Below, one piece after another: positions 1 to 9,646 of a stretch of DNA of 64,000 nucleotides. Source of the stretch: Thermodesulfobacteriota bacterium (GTDB lineage: Bacteria > Desulfobacterota_D > UBA1144 > Nemesobacterales > Nemesobacteraceae); contig OZ241855.1 of NCBI GenBank assembly GCA_965202785.1, forward strand, positions 1,472,001-1,536,000, written 5' to 3'. Both the position numbers and the translations under genes were made by a program. Within the stretch, counting starts at the first letter, position 1. Every line of letters starts with the position of its first letter. Below the pieces are notes generated by a model. The model was given only the letters and a program-made list of their open reading frames with translations. It ran no database searches and had not been told where the DNA came from.

Positions 1-1
1 A

Positions 2-124
2 AAGAGCACCCTCTCAAGGAGATTGAGAATAAAGAAGATTCCCAACATAGAATTCGAGTACGACGGTTTGGTGGAAAAGCGGGCGAGAATTGACGAACTC
101 ATAAAGGACTTGTCGGATGGATGA
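2..124 (+). CDS. rbfA: Ribosome-binding factor A, C-terminal fragment (5' truncated by window)
   Basis: Frame 2 reads KSTLSRRLRIKKIPNIEFEYDGLVEKRARIDELIKDLSDG*, matching the RbfA C-terminus; rbfA-DHH-truB synteny. Not in the ORF track. Confidence 0.85.
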   Translation, partial: KSTLSRRLRIKKIPNIEFEYDGLVEKRARIDELIKDLSDG

Positions 125-1079
125 GCTTGATAACATCCTCGACCTCATAAGGGAAAACCAAAGCTTTCTTGTGGTTTCCCACGAGAGTCCGGATTGCGAC
201 GCTCTGGGTTCAACCATAGCCATGGCGCTGGTTCTTCGCGAGCTTGAAAAGGATGTGATCATGTATAACGCAGACGGGGTTCCTGAGCACCTGCGATTTC
301 TTCCCGAATGCTCCGGTGTTACGGATTCTCTTGATGGCGTTACCAACCCGGTGGATGTGGTTATGCTCCTTGACTGTGCCGATGTTTCGCGACCCGGAAA
401 AGAGTTTGAGAACTTTATCCTGAAAGACGGTTTCACGTTTGCGTTTGTGGATCACCACGCGACTAACAGCACGGGTTCCGAGTACTGCTTTGTGGATGAA
501 AACGCATCTTCTACCGGAGTTATTCTCTACAGGATGATAAAACGGCTCGGGATTCCCATAAGCCCGAATGTTGCGGAGTGCCTTTTTTCCACCATAGTCG
601 GGGATACGGGTTCGTTCCGGTATTCAAACACCTGTTCAGAGACGTTCACGATCGCTGCCGATCTGGTCAACTGTGGAGCCGACCCCGAGAGGATCTCAAG
701 ATTCATTTATGATAACGAACCTCTTAGAAAGGTTATGCTTAGAACCTTGGCAATGAACACCCTTGAGGTAACCGGGAAAATTGCCTTTCTTCACGTATCG
801 AGCGAGATGTTCCAGCAGACCGGCACCGAGAAGGAGCATACCGAGGGTCTTGTAAGCATGGCTAGGGCAATTGAAGGGGTTGAGGTCGCGGTTTTTCTCA
901 GACAGGAATCCGCCATCGGTTGGAAAGTGAGTCTCAGGTCCAAGGAGTACGTAGACGTGGCGCAGATCGCCAGACGGTACGGTGGGGGAGGACACCGCAA
1001 GGCGGCAGGATGTGTGATTCCCGCGCCGCTTGCCACTGTGAAGCGCAGACTTCGCAGTTCGATTGAGGAAGCGATTTGA
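117..1079 (+). CDS. nrnA: Bifunctional oligoribonuclease/PAP phosphatase (DHH/DHHA1)
   Basis: SHESPDCDALGS, FVDHH, DTGSF and GGGGHRKAAG motifs. Confidence 0.9.
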   Translation: MDELDNILDLIRENQSFLVVSHESPDCDALGSTIAMALVLRELEKDVIMYNADGVPEHLRFLPECSGVTDSLDGVTNPVDVVMLLDCADVSRPGKEFENFILKDGFTFAFVDHHATNSTGSEYCFVDENASSTGVILYRMIKRLGIPISPNVAECLFSTIVGDTGSFRYSNTCSETFTIAADLVNCGADPERISRFIYDNEPLRKVMLRTLAMNTLEVTGKIAFLHVSSEMFQQTGTEKEHTEGLVSMARAIEGVEVAVFLRQESAIGWKVSLRSKEYVDVAQIARRYGGGGHRKAAGCVIPAPLATVKRRLRSSIEEAI

Positions 1080-1990
1080 TGGACGGAGTTATGATTCTCG
1101 ATAAGCCCAAGGGATGTACTTCCGCCCAGGCGCTTAACAGGGTGAAAAAAGCCTTGGGGGCAAAAAAGGCGGGTCATACGGGCACTCTGGATCCGTTCGC
1201 GACGGGGGTATTGCCCGTGTGTTTTAATCAGGCGACAAAAGCCATTCCTTACCTCGGAGACGATATAAAGGAATACGAGGCCGAGATGATCTTGGGCGTA
1301 TCAACCGATACCATGGACGAGACCGGTGCTGTCACCGGCCGGGTGGATGCGCGGCATCTGGGTAGGGATGAGATTGAAGAGGTCATTGAAGGGTTTGCGG
1401 GGGAGATAATGCAGGTCCCCCCGATGTATTCTGCCGCCAAGGTCTCAGGTACGAAGCTCTACGCCCTTGCGAGAGCCGGGAAGGAAGTTGAGAGAAAACC
1501 GAAAAGAGTCACCATAGAGGAAATAAGACTTCTTCATTTCTCTTACCCTAAGGCGACTTTTTACGTGAAGTGTTCTCGAGGAACCTACGTAAGGGTGATT
1601 GCCTCGGATGCCGGAAAGAAACTGGGCTGCGGAGCTCATCTTTCCGAGTTGAGAAGGCTCAGGAGCGGCCCCTTCACGCTGAGCGAGGCTAGCAGTATTG
1701 AAGATGTGGAATCCGGAAATTACAATGTTCTTCCTTTGGAGGATGTTCTCGGGAGCTATCCCAGGGTTCATTTGGAAGAGGATCTCTGCGAGAGTGTGCG
1801 CAACGGAATCCCTCTTTGCCGGGAGGTTCTTTCGGGCGTGGAATTGCCCGAATTCAAAAATAGGGATATAATCACCATATTTTGCCGGAAAACGATTCTT
1901 TCCATCTGCGAGGCGAAAGCTGATTCAGATGAATTTGAGTATATGGGAGATAAGGATATAGTGTTTCGGCATTTAAGAGTATTTAACTGA
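1079..1990 (+). CDS. truB: tRNA pseudouridine(55) synthase
   Basis: KAGHTGTLDPFATG, QVPPMYSA, CSRGTYVR; TGATG overlap with nrnA stop. Confidence 0.97.
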   Translation: MDGVMILDKPKGCTSAQALNRVKKALGAKKAGHTGTLDPFATGVLPVCFNQATKAIPYLGDDIKEYEAEMILGVSTDTMDETGAVTGRVDARHLGRDEIEEVIEGFAGEIMQVPPMYSAAKVSGTKLYALARAGKEVERKPKRVTIEEIRLLHFSYPKATFYVKCSRGTYVRVIASDAGKKLGCGAHLSELRRLRSGPFTLSEASSIEDVESGNYNVLPLEDVLGSYPRVHLEEDLCESVRNGIPLCREVLSGVELPEFKNRDIITIFCRKTILSICEAKADSDEFEYMGDKDIVFRHLRVFN

Positions 1991-2019
1991 TCAGGCAAGG
2001 GTCTAGGAGGAAGTAGTTT

Positions 2020-2289
2020 ATGTCTTTGCAGAAAGAAGAGAAGGCTAGAATCATAAAGGAGTTTCAAAACCATGAGAACGACGTTGGTTCGGCCGAGGTT
2101 CAGATAGGGATTCTGAACGGAAAGATACAGGAACTGTCCGAGCATGTGAAAAGAGCTCCCAAGGATAACCATTCAAGAAAAGGACTGGTTTCAATGGTTG
2201 CCAAGAGAAGGAAGCTGCTCAACTACGTAAAGAGGGTGAGACCGCAGGAGTACGGAAAGCTGATTGAGACCCTTGGGCTAAGGAAGTAA
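2020..2289 (+). CDS. rpsO: 30S ribosomal protein S15
   Basis: DVGSAEVQI, KDNHSRKGL, LGLRK; AGGAGG SD upstream. Confidence 0.97.
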   Translation: MSLQKEEKARIIKEFQNHENDVGSAEVQIGILNGKIQELSEHVKRAPKDNHSRKGLVSMVAKRRKLLNYVKRVRPQEYGKLIETLGLRK

Positions 2290-2315
2290 GGAAGCAATAT
2301 TTTGGAGGAAATGAA

Positions 2316-4424
2316 TTGACTGAACAAATAAGACAAATGGAAGCGGAGCTGTTCGGAAGCAAGCTGCGTCTTGAAACCGGAAGGCTTGCCAAGCAGGCAA
2401 ACGGTGCTGTGCTCGCTTCCTGCGGAGGAACTACCGTGCTTGCCACGGTCGTTGCCTCGGAAGAAAAAATAGAAGAAGATTTCCTGCCCCTTACGATTAA
2501 CTATCAGGAGAAATCTTACGCGGCCGGGAAAATTCCCGGAGGTTATTTTAAGAGAGAAGGGCGCCCCAGCGAAAAAGAAATTCTTACGTCAAGGCTTATT
2601 GACAGGCCGGTAAGACCGCTTATACCCAAGGGTTTTTCTTACCCGACTCAGGTTATAGTTACGGTTATTTCCGCTGACGGCGAGAACGCCACGGACGTTC
2701 TGTCAGTTATAGCGTCTTCAGCCGCGCTGATGGTTTCGGATATTCCGTTTGCGGGGCCCATAGCGGCTCTCACGGTCGGGAAAGTCGACGGCAACCTTGT
2801 TGTAAATCCCTCTCCCGAGCAGCTTGAAACCAGCACTATGGAGATAACCGTCGCCGGAACCTCGGAGGCCATCGTGATGGTCGAAGGCGGTGCGAAGGAA
2901 GTAAGCGAGGCTGAGGTTGTTGAAGCCCTTATGTTCGCCCACGAGGGAATCAGGGAAATCGTTTCTTTCGAGAATAGTTTCCTTGAAGGAATCGGCAAGG
3001 AAAAAAGACAGATTTCCGTTGTCGAAACGGACGATGCGCTTGAGGGCGAGGTTCGCTCGGCTGCTCTGCCTTTTTTGGATCAGGGGGTAGTTGCTGATTC
3101 AAAGGACGGCAGAAAGGATCTGATAAAACAGACTTATGAAGAAGCGATAAAAAAGCTTGTTGAGGACCGTCCGGAAGACAAATCCAAAATTGACAAGGCG
3201 TTTGACGAGCTGATCAAAGATTCTGTGAGAAGCAAGATAGTGGATGGTACGAGACCCGACGGAAGGGACTACACGACCGTGAGGTCCATATGGGGCGAAG
3301 TGGGACTTCTTGAGAGAACCCACGGTTCGGCGCTTTTTACCCGCGGAGAAACCCAGGCCATAGTTGTCGCGACTCTGGGAACTTCGTACGACGAGCAGAG
3401 GATCGACGCGCTTGAAGGCGACCAGACAAGAAGCTTCATGCTGCATTACAATTTCCCTCCTTATTCCGTTGGAGAGACGAGCAACCGTCTGGGTCCAGGA
3501 AGAAGAGAAATAGGACACGGCGCGCTTGCCGCGAGGGCTATAAAACCCGTCCTGCCGGATAAAGAGGACTTTCCCTACACTATCAGGATCGTTTCCGAGA
3601 TACTTGAGTCAAACGGTTCTTCTTCAATGGCGACCGTGTGCGGTTCCTCGATGTCTCTTATGGACGCGGGCGTGCCCATAAGCGCTTCCGTGGCCGGCAT
3701 AGCCATGGGACTTATAAAGGAAGGGGACAATTTCGTCATTCTCTCCGATATTCTCGGCGATGAGGATCATCTCGGAGACATGGATTTCAAGGTGGCCGGC
3801 ACCAAAGACGGCATCACCGCCTTGCAGATGGATATCAAAATAACCGGCATAACCGAGGATATCCTCACGACCGCGCTTGGTCAGGCAAAAGATGGCAGGA
3901 TGCATATACTCGGGAAAATGGATGAAGTAATCGCCGGACCCAGAGAGGAACTTTCCGACTACGCCCCCAGAATTCTTACGATGCAGCTTAAGCCCGAGAA
4001 GGTGAAGGTCGTGATAGGTTCGGGCGGCAAGACCATAAAGAAGATAGTCGAGGACACGGGAGCGCAGATAGACATACAGGATGACGGTCTTGTGAAGATT
4101 TTCTCCCCCGACTACGAAGCCTGCAAGAAGGCCGAGAGCATCATAAAAAGAATCGTTGAGGACATAGTCGCCGGCAAGCTGTATGTCGGCGTGGTCAAGC
4201 GCATTCTGGATTTCGGAGCGATAGTCGAGCTTGGTCCTGGAAAAGACGGGCTTCTGCATATCTCCGAACTTGAAAACCGCAGGGTTGAAAAGGTAACCGA
4301 TATCCTGAACGAAAAGGACGAGGTTCTCGTAAAGTGTCTCGAAGTTGCGCGTGACGGCAGGGTGAGGCTCAGCAGAAAAGCCGTGCTTGACCAGAACATA
4401 GAAGACTACAGGATTTCCGACTAA
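2316..4424 (+). CDS. pnp: Polyribonucleotide nucleotidyltransferase
   Basis: RREIGHG, ESNGSSSMA, EDHLGDMDFKVAG, KH and S1 domains; TTG start after GGAGG. Confidence 0.98.
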   Translation: MTEQIRQMEAELFGSKLRLETGRLAKQANGAVLASCGGTTVLATVVASEEKIEEDFLPLTINYQEKSYAAGKIPGGYFKREGRPSEKEILTSRLIDRPVRPLIPKGFSYPTQVIVTVISADGENATDVLSVIASSAALMVSDIPFAGPIAALTVGKVDGNLVVNPSPEQLETSTMEITVAGTSEAIVMVEGGAKEVSEAEVVEALMFAHEGIREIVSFENSFLEGIGKEKRQISVVETDDALEGEVRSAALPFLDQGVVADSKDGRKDLIKQTYEEAIKKLVEDRPEDKSKIDKAFDELIKDSVRSKIVDGTRPDGRDYTTVRSIWGEVGLLERTHGSALFTRGETQAIVVATLGTSYDEQRIDALEGDQTRSFMLHYNFPPYSVGETSNRLGPGRREIGHGALAARAIKPVLPDKEDFPYTIRIVSEILESNGSSSMATVCGSSMSLMDAGVPISASVAGIAMGLIKEGDNFVILSDILGDEDHLGDMDFKVAGTKDGITALQMDIKITGITEDILTTALGQAKDGRMHILGKMDEVIAGPREELSDYAPRILTMQLKPEKVKVVIGSGGKTIKKIVEDTGAQIDIQDDGLVKIFSPDYEACKKAESIIKRIVEDIVAGKLYVGVVKRILDFGAIVELGPGKDGLLHISELENRRVEKVTDILNEKDEVLVKCLEVARDGRVRLSRKAVLDQNIEDYRISD

Positions 4425-4433
4425 CCCCCACAG

Positions 4434-5366
4434 TTGAGTCTTTCTCGGGAAAAACCGAAGCTGATAGTTGTCTTAGGACCTACAGCTTCGGGCAAGACCG
4501 AAATGGCGCTGGAAATAGCCCGCAGAACCGGTGCTTGCATAGTGAGCGCCGATTCCGTTCAGGTCTACAGGCATTTCGATATAGGAAGCGCCAAGCCCAC
4601 CCGGGAGCAAAGGCAGGAAATCCCACATTTCTTAATAGATGTCGCGGATCCCGATGAGGATTTTAACGCCGGCACTTATATGAGGCTTGCCCTTGATTGC
4701 ATCAGCAGGCTCGTCGGGGACGGCAGGAAAATAGTTGTAGTCGGGGGAACCTTTCTTTACGTAAAGGCTCTTCTTTACGGGCTTCTCGAAGGTGTTGAAG
4801 TTGATCGGGAGTTCAGAGATAGCCTCGCGCGGGAGAGGGACGCGAAGGGAGCGGCGTCGCTTCACAAAAGGCTTGAATCTGTAGACCCGGTGTCCGCAGG
4901 GCGGATAAATCCGAACGATTACGTGAGAATTGAACGTGCGCTTGAGGTCTATCACACGACGGGCGAGCGCATGTCGGATCATCACCGGCGGCACGGCTTT
5001 GCGGAACAAAGGTTCAACGCCCTTGAGATAGGCCTCCACGGGGAACGGGAGCGCCTTCGCCGCGCTATAGACGAAAGGGTTGACGCGATGATTGACCGCG
5101 GCTGGGTCGAAGAAGTAAAAGCTATAAGGGCCAAGGGATACGGACCGCACTTAAAACCCATGAAGTCCATAGGCTACAAGCGGATAAACGAATTTCTGGA
5201 CGGTCGGCTTGATTTTGAGACGGCGGTTGAAAAAATAAAGACGGACACGAAAAGGTTTTCCAAAAGACAGTCCACCTGGCTTCGCGCGGATGACGGCATA
5301 AAATGGTTTGATCCCGTAGACGGAGATGAGCCGATACTTGAGGAGTGCAGCGGGTTTCTCGGCTGA
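4434..5366 (+). CDS. miaA: tRNA dimethylallyltransferase
   Basis: GPTASGKT, SADSVQVY, DIGSAKP, VGGTFLY, KRQSTW. Confidence 0.96.
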   Translation: MSLSREKPKLIVVLGPTASGKTEMALEIARRTGACIVSADSVQVYRHFDIGSAKPTREQRQEIPHFLIDVADPDEDFNAGTYMRLALDCISRLVGDGRKIVVVGGTFLYVKALLYGLLEGVEVDREFRDSLARERDAKGAASLHKRLESVDPVSAGRINPNDYVRIERALEVYHTTGERMSDHHRRHGFAEQRFNALEIGLHGERERLRRAIDERVDAMIDRGWVEEVKAIRAKGYGPHLKPMKSIGYKRINEFLDGRLDFETAVEKIKTDTKRFSKRQSTWLRADDGIKWFDPVDGDEPILEECSGFLG

Positions 5367-5378
5367 TTGGCCTTCCGG

Positions 5379-5777
5379 CTATTTTTTTTCCTCCACCCTG
5401 TATGAGCGAATGGTTCTCAGGATTATCGCCGCGCCGATTAGTACGGAAAGTACGGGCAGAAGCCATAGTATGGCGCTGAATCCTCTGGGCGGGGGGGATG
5501 CGAGAATTGTTTCTCCGTAGCTCGAGATGAAATAATCTATTATCTCTTCCTTTGAATGCCCTTCAAGCAGCTTTGTTTTTATGATGGCCCTCATGTCCCT
5601 GGCAAGCTGTGCGTTTGATTCCGCGACGCTCTGCCCTTCGCATACGGGACACATGAGTTCTCCCGAGATGTCGGCGATCTGGTCTTCAAGCGTGTCCGCG
5701 TTCACTTGGAAGGCGATAAGAAGGGCCAGGGACAAGACAAGTCCCCCACTCATGATCTTATGAAAAAAACGGTTCAT
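5379..5777 (-). CDS. ccmH: Cytochrome c biogenesis protein CcmH/CcmL-like
   Basis: Signal peptide, LMCPVCEGQSVAESNA, C-terminal TM (LWLLP). Confidence 0.85.
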   Translation of the reverse strand: MNRFFHKIMSGGLVLSLALLIAFQVNADTLEDQIADISGELMCPVCEGQSVAESNAQLARDMRAIIKTKLLEGHSKEEIIDYFISSYGETILASPPPRGFSAILWLLPVLSVLIGAAIILRTIRSYRVEEKK

Positions 5778-6337
5778 GGGTTTTCAATCCCCGGGCTCTG
5801 CCCGTTGTAAAGAGTAGCGTTCTCTATATAGGCCATGATCATTCTTTCAGTAAGCGGACCCCTGTGCTTGGCTGTTATAACTCCCTCGGGGTTTACGAAG
5901 AAGGTCTCAGGGACTCCTCCCACTCCGTAATCCAGATGTACCCTGTTTTCCGGGTCGTAAATGTTGACGAAGCTTCCCCCGAACGATTTTACGTATTCCT
6001 CGGCGCTTTTTCTGTCGTCCATTACGTTTATTCCTATGAACTCAACCTGATTGCCTGAAAGAGACATGTAAGCCCTCTCAAGCGCGGGAGCCTCCTCTCT
6101 GCAGGGATGACACCAGGATGCCCAGAAATTCACAAGCAATGTCTTTCCCCGAAAATCAGAAAGCCTTACCTTCTCCCCGTTAAACGATTTCAGCGCGAAC
6201 TCGGGCGCGGGTTTTCCCACAAGCTGCGAGGGATTCTGAAGGTCTCCTTTTTCCGAAAGTCCGTTCCAAAGAGTGTAAGCAAGCAGAGCTATAATAAGGA
6301 CGATAAGAATCTTCGGGACTGCGTTTGATATTTTCAT
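5774..6337 (-). CDS. TlpA/DsbE(CcmG)-family thiol:disulfide oxidoreductase
   Basis: N-terminal TM, NFWASWCHPC, YGVGGVPETF; ATGA overlap with ccmH. Confidence 0.88.
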   Translation of the reverse strand: MKISNAVPKILIVLIIALLAYTLWNGLSEKGDLQNPSQLVGKPAPEFALKSFNGEKVRLSDFRGKTLLVNFWASWCHPCREEAPALERAYMSLSGNQVEFIGINVMDDRKSAEEYVKSFGGSFVNIYDPENRVHLDYGVGGVPETFFVNPEGVITAKHRGPLTERMIMAYIENATLYNGQSPGIENP

Positions 6338-6402
6338 ACAAGGAACCTGTTCTTTCTAGCCTTAAGTTTTCTTTTGGTTATTATTCCTGCAACTGCCCCG
6401 TT

Positions 6403-6412
6403 TATTATAATA
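6403..6412. promoter_or_regulatory. Palindromic TATTATAATA giving a -10 hexamer on both strands between divergent tlpA and TPS/TPP genes
   Basis: Perfect 10-bp palindrome; TATAAT 6406-6411 ends 8 nt before ATG 6420. Confidence 0.55.
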
Positions 6413-6419
6413 GGTTTTC

Positions 6420-8654
6420 ATGAAAAAACTCATAATTGTATCCAACAGATTGCCGACGACTGTGCGGGAAGAGGAGGGGAAGCTTTCTTTTGAGCCGAGC
6501 GTTGGAGGTGTCGCTACGGGACTAAGCTCCTTGGATACCGATTACGAAAAATGCTGGATAGGATGGCCGGGGATAGATTACGGGAGTCTGTCCGGGGAAC
6601 AGATTTCGGAAATGGAGCGGCGGCTTGCAGAGGAAAACTTCTATCCCGTGGGTCTGAGCGCAGAAGAGGTAAAAGACTATTACCAAGGGTTTTGCAACGA
6701 AGTAATATGGCCTATCTTTCATTATTTCGTCCAGTACGGAACCTATAAAAAAGAGTTCTGGGAATCATACATCAGTGTGAACACCAAGTTCGCCGGCGCC
6801 ATACTCGATGTGGCGAGTGAAGGGGACTACATCTGGGTCCACGATTATCATCTGATGCTCGTCCCCGAGCTTGTGAAGAAGCAGCTGCCCAAATCAAGCA
6901 TCGGTTTTTTCCTGCACATACCTTTTCCGTCTTCCGAGATTTTCAGACTTATTCCGTGGTGCCGGGAAATAATACAGGGGCTTACTGGGGCTGATCTCAT
7001 AGGTTTTCACACTTTTGACTACGTGAGGCATTTTGCCGAAAGCGTAAGAAGGATACTTGGACACGAGCATTCTCTCGGAAGGTTTATAATCGGAGAAAGA
7101 GAGATAAGAACCGATACTTTTCCTATGGGGATTGATTACGAGAAGTTCTCCTCCGCACCAAAGAAACGAAGCATCCAGAAGAGAAAAGACGAATTCAGAG
7201 ACCTCTTGGGAGATGACCGGAAGGTTATCCTTTCCATAGACCGCCTCGATTACTCAAAGGGAATTCCGGAGAGACTGAGGGCATTTGATTTTTTCCTCGA
7301 GAAAAATCCCGAGCTTAGGGAGAAAGTGGTTCTTTTGCTTGTCGCCGTGCCTTCGAGAACAGAAGTGGTTCACTACAAAATACTGAAGAACGAAGTTGAC
7401 AATCTGGTCGGCGCGATAAACGGCCGCTACGACACTATCGGCTGGAATCCCATTCACTACATGTACAGATCTTTCGGTTTCGAGGACCTGATTTCCCTTT
7501 ACCTGGCGGCGGACATCCTTTTCATTACTCCCCTTCGCGATGGCATGAACCTGATTGCCAAGGAGTATGTTGCAGCAAGGCAGAATAAAGCCGGTGTGCT
7601 AATACTCGGCGAGATGGCGGGAACCGCACAGGAATTGAGCGAAGCAATAATCATAAACCCCAATGATTTAGAGTCCACTTCACGGGCACTCGAAACCGCC
7701 CTTTCCATGACCAAAACGGAGCAGAAAAGAAGGATGAAAGCAATGCAGAGTCGTCTCAGCAGATACGATATCAGGACATGGACGGCGGACTTCATGGAGA
7801 GACTTGATGAAACTAAGGAAAGACAGCTTAAGATGTTTGCCCGAAGATTCAGTCCGGAAATGACAGGCGAACTGATTGAAAAATACAGGGCGAGCAAAAA
7901 GTGTCTTTTCCTGCTTGATTACGACGGTTCACTTGTCTCATTCAAGAATAATCCGCAGGATGCGAAACCTGACCCGGAAATCTATTCCGCGCTTAGGGAA
8001 CTTTCCCTGAGGAAAAAAAACGAACTTGTCATCATAAGCGGCAGAGACAGAAATACTCTTGCCAAATGGCTTGGGGATGTGACAAACGGCCTTGCGGCCG
8101 AACACGGTCTTTGGATAAGGCGCGAAAGGTGGAAGATGTCCGATATCGCTCCGGAGGGATGGAAGGAAGAAATAAGGCCCATACTGGAAGTGTTTGTCGA
8201 CAGGACTCCGGGGTCGCTTATCGAGGAGAAAAATTTTTCCCTGGCCTGGCACTACAGGAAGGTTGACCCGGCACTCTCAATAGTGAGAGTAGGGGAGCTT
8301 AAGGACATGCTGTCGCACATAACCGCGAATCTGGAGGTCGGTGTGTTGGAAGGAAACAAGGTGGTGGAGATCAAAGGTTCCTTCATAAACAAGGGTAAGG
8401 CGGCTACTCAGTGGCTAAAAGCGAAGAAATGGGACCTTATCATATCCATAGGGGACGACTGGACTGATGAGGATATTTTTGAGCAGCTTCCCGAAGATGC
8501 CTATTCCATAAAGGTGGGCTTCGGACCGTCAAAAGCTAAGTACAGGGTCCGCTCAACCACCGAGGCGAGGGACCTTCTGTTTTCGCTGGTGGAGGCAACC
8601 CGCGAGATAGGGGACTTGCCTTCTGAAAGAATAAAGAACGGGAGACGGAAATAA
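6420..8654 (+). CDS. Bifunctional trehalose-6-phosphate synthase/phosphatase (OtsA-OtsB fusion)
   Basis: VSNRLP, WVHDYHLML, FLHIPFP, DRLDYSKG, RDGMNL (GT20) plus C-terminal HAD LLDYDGSL and GDDWTDED. Confidence 0.95.
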   Translation: MKKLIIVSNRLPTTVREEEGKLSFEPSVGGVATGLSSLDTDYEKCWIGWPGIDYGSLSGEQISEMERRLAEENFYPVGLSAEEVKDYYQGFCNEVIWPIFHYFVQYGTYKKEFWESYISVNTKFAGAILDVASEGDYIWVHDYHLMLVPELVKKQLPKSSIGFFLHIPFPSSEIFRLIPWCREIIQGLTGADLIGFHTFDYVRHFAESVRRILGHEHSLGRFIIGEREIRTDTFPMGIDYEKFSSAPKKRSIQKRKDEFRDLLGDDRKVILSIDRLDYSKGIPERLRAFDFFLEKNPELREKVVLLLVAVPSRTEVVHYKILKNEVDNLVGAINGRYDTIGWNPIHYMYRSFGFEDLISLYLAADILFITPLRDGMNLIAKEYVAARQNKAGVLILGEMAGTAQELSEAIIINPNDLESTSRALETALSMTKTEQKRRMKAMQSRLSRYDIRTWTADFMERLDETKERQLKMFARRFSPEMTGELIEKYRASKKCLFLLDYDGSLVSFKNNPQDAKPDPEIYSALRELSLRKKNELVIISGRDRNTLAKWLGDVTNGLAAEHGLWIRRERWKMSDIAPEGWKEEIRPILEVFVDRTPGSLIEEKNFSLAWHYRKVDPALSIVRVGELKDMLSHITANLEVGVLEGNKVVEIKGSFINKGKAATQWLKAKKWDLIISIGDDWTDEDIFEQLPEDAYSIKVGFGPSKAKYRVRSTTEARDLLFSLVEATREIGDLPSERIKNGRRK

Positions 8655-9646
8655 TGGAGTTTGTAGAAATTGCCGGTACGGAAATAAATTCGTCGAGAAT
8701 AGGACTTGGTACTTGGGCGATGGGAGGGTGGCTCTGGGGAGGAAGTGACAGGAAGGAGTGCGTGAGAACGATATACAAGGCGTTTGATAACGGGGTTAAT
8801 CTGATTGACACAGCCCCTATCTACGGCTTTGGTCTTTCAGAAGAAATTGTGGGAGAAGCGGTTTCTGAAAGCGGGATGAGAGATGAACTGATAATCGCGA
8901 CGAAAGTGGGGCTTGAGTGGGAGAGGGGGGGAATATTCAGAAATTCCCTCCCGGAGAGGATACACAAGGAGATTGACGATTCCCTTAGAAGGCTGCGCAC
9001 CGACCGTATAGATCTTTACCAGATTCACTGGCCCGATCCTCTTGTCCCTGTTGAGGAAACCGCGCAAGCCATGGCGGAACTTATTGAAAGCGGAAAGATA
9101 AGAGCTGTCGGAGTAAGCAACTATTCGGTTGAGCAGATGGAGGTTTTCCGTTCCGTGTGCCCGCTTAACTCGAGTCAGCCTCCTTACAATCTTTTCGAGA
9201 GAGGAGTTGAGGATGACGTGCTTCCCTGGTGTGAAGAGCAGGGAGTTACCATGCTTCTCTACGGAGCTTTGTGCAGAGGACTTCTGGGCGGGAAGCTAAA
9301 AACCGACTCCGAGTTCCCGGGAGATGACATAAGAAATTTTGATCCCAAGTTTCGAAGGCCCGTCTACGATAATTACCTCAGTGCGGTTGAAAATCTGGGG
9401 GAGCTTGCCTCCGAGCGTTTCGCAAAGAACGTGCTTGAACTTTCCGTAAGGTGGGTTCTCGATAAATGCAAAAACGATATCACTCTCTGGGGAGCTAGAC
9501 GCCCGGGGCAGCTCGATGACCTTGCGGGCACCGTGGGGTGGACCATAGACGATGACTCTATGAATGAAATAGACGCAATACTCGATAGTTTCGTCCCGAA
9601 TCCCATAGGTCCGGAATTCATGGCTCCCGGCCCGAGACCTTTTTAA
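8654..9646 (+). CDS. Aldo/keto reductase
   Basis: IGLGTWAMGG, DTAPIYG, ATKVG, YQIHWPD, GVSNY; TAATG overlap with upstream stop. Confidence 0.93.
   Translation: MEFVEIAGTEINSSRIGLGTWAMGGWLWGGSDRKECVRTIYKAFDNGVNLIDTAPIYGFGLSEEIVGEAVSESGMRDELIIATKVGLEWERGGIFRNSLPERIHKEIDDSLRRLRTDRIDLYQIHWPDPLVPVEETAQAMAELIESGKIRAVGVSNYSVEQMEVFRSVCPLNSSQPPYNLFERGVEDDVLPWCEEQGVTMLLYGALCRGLLGGKLKTDSEFPGDDIRNFDPKFRRPVYDNYLSAVENLGELASERFAKNVLELSVRWVLDKCKNDITLWGARRPGQLDDLAGTVGWTIDDDSMNEIDAILDSFVPNPIGPEFMAPGPRPF

Noticed and set aside
6341-6353. 13-mer AGGAACCTGTTCT repeated at 16810-16822, resembling a LexA box or IS end
   Set aside because: GAAC-N2-GTTC does not fit the N4 LexA spacing; only two copies seen, no transposase; may be chance
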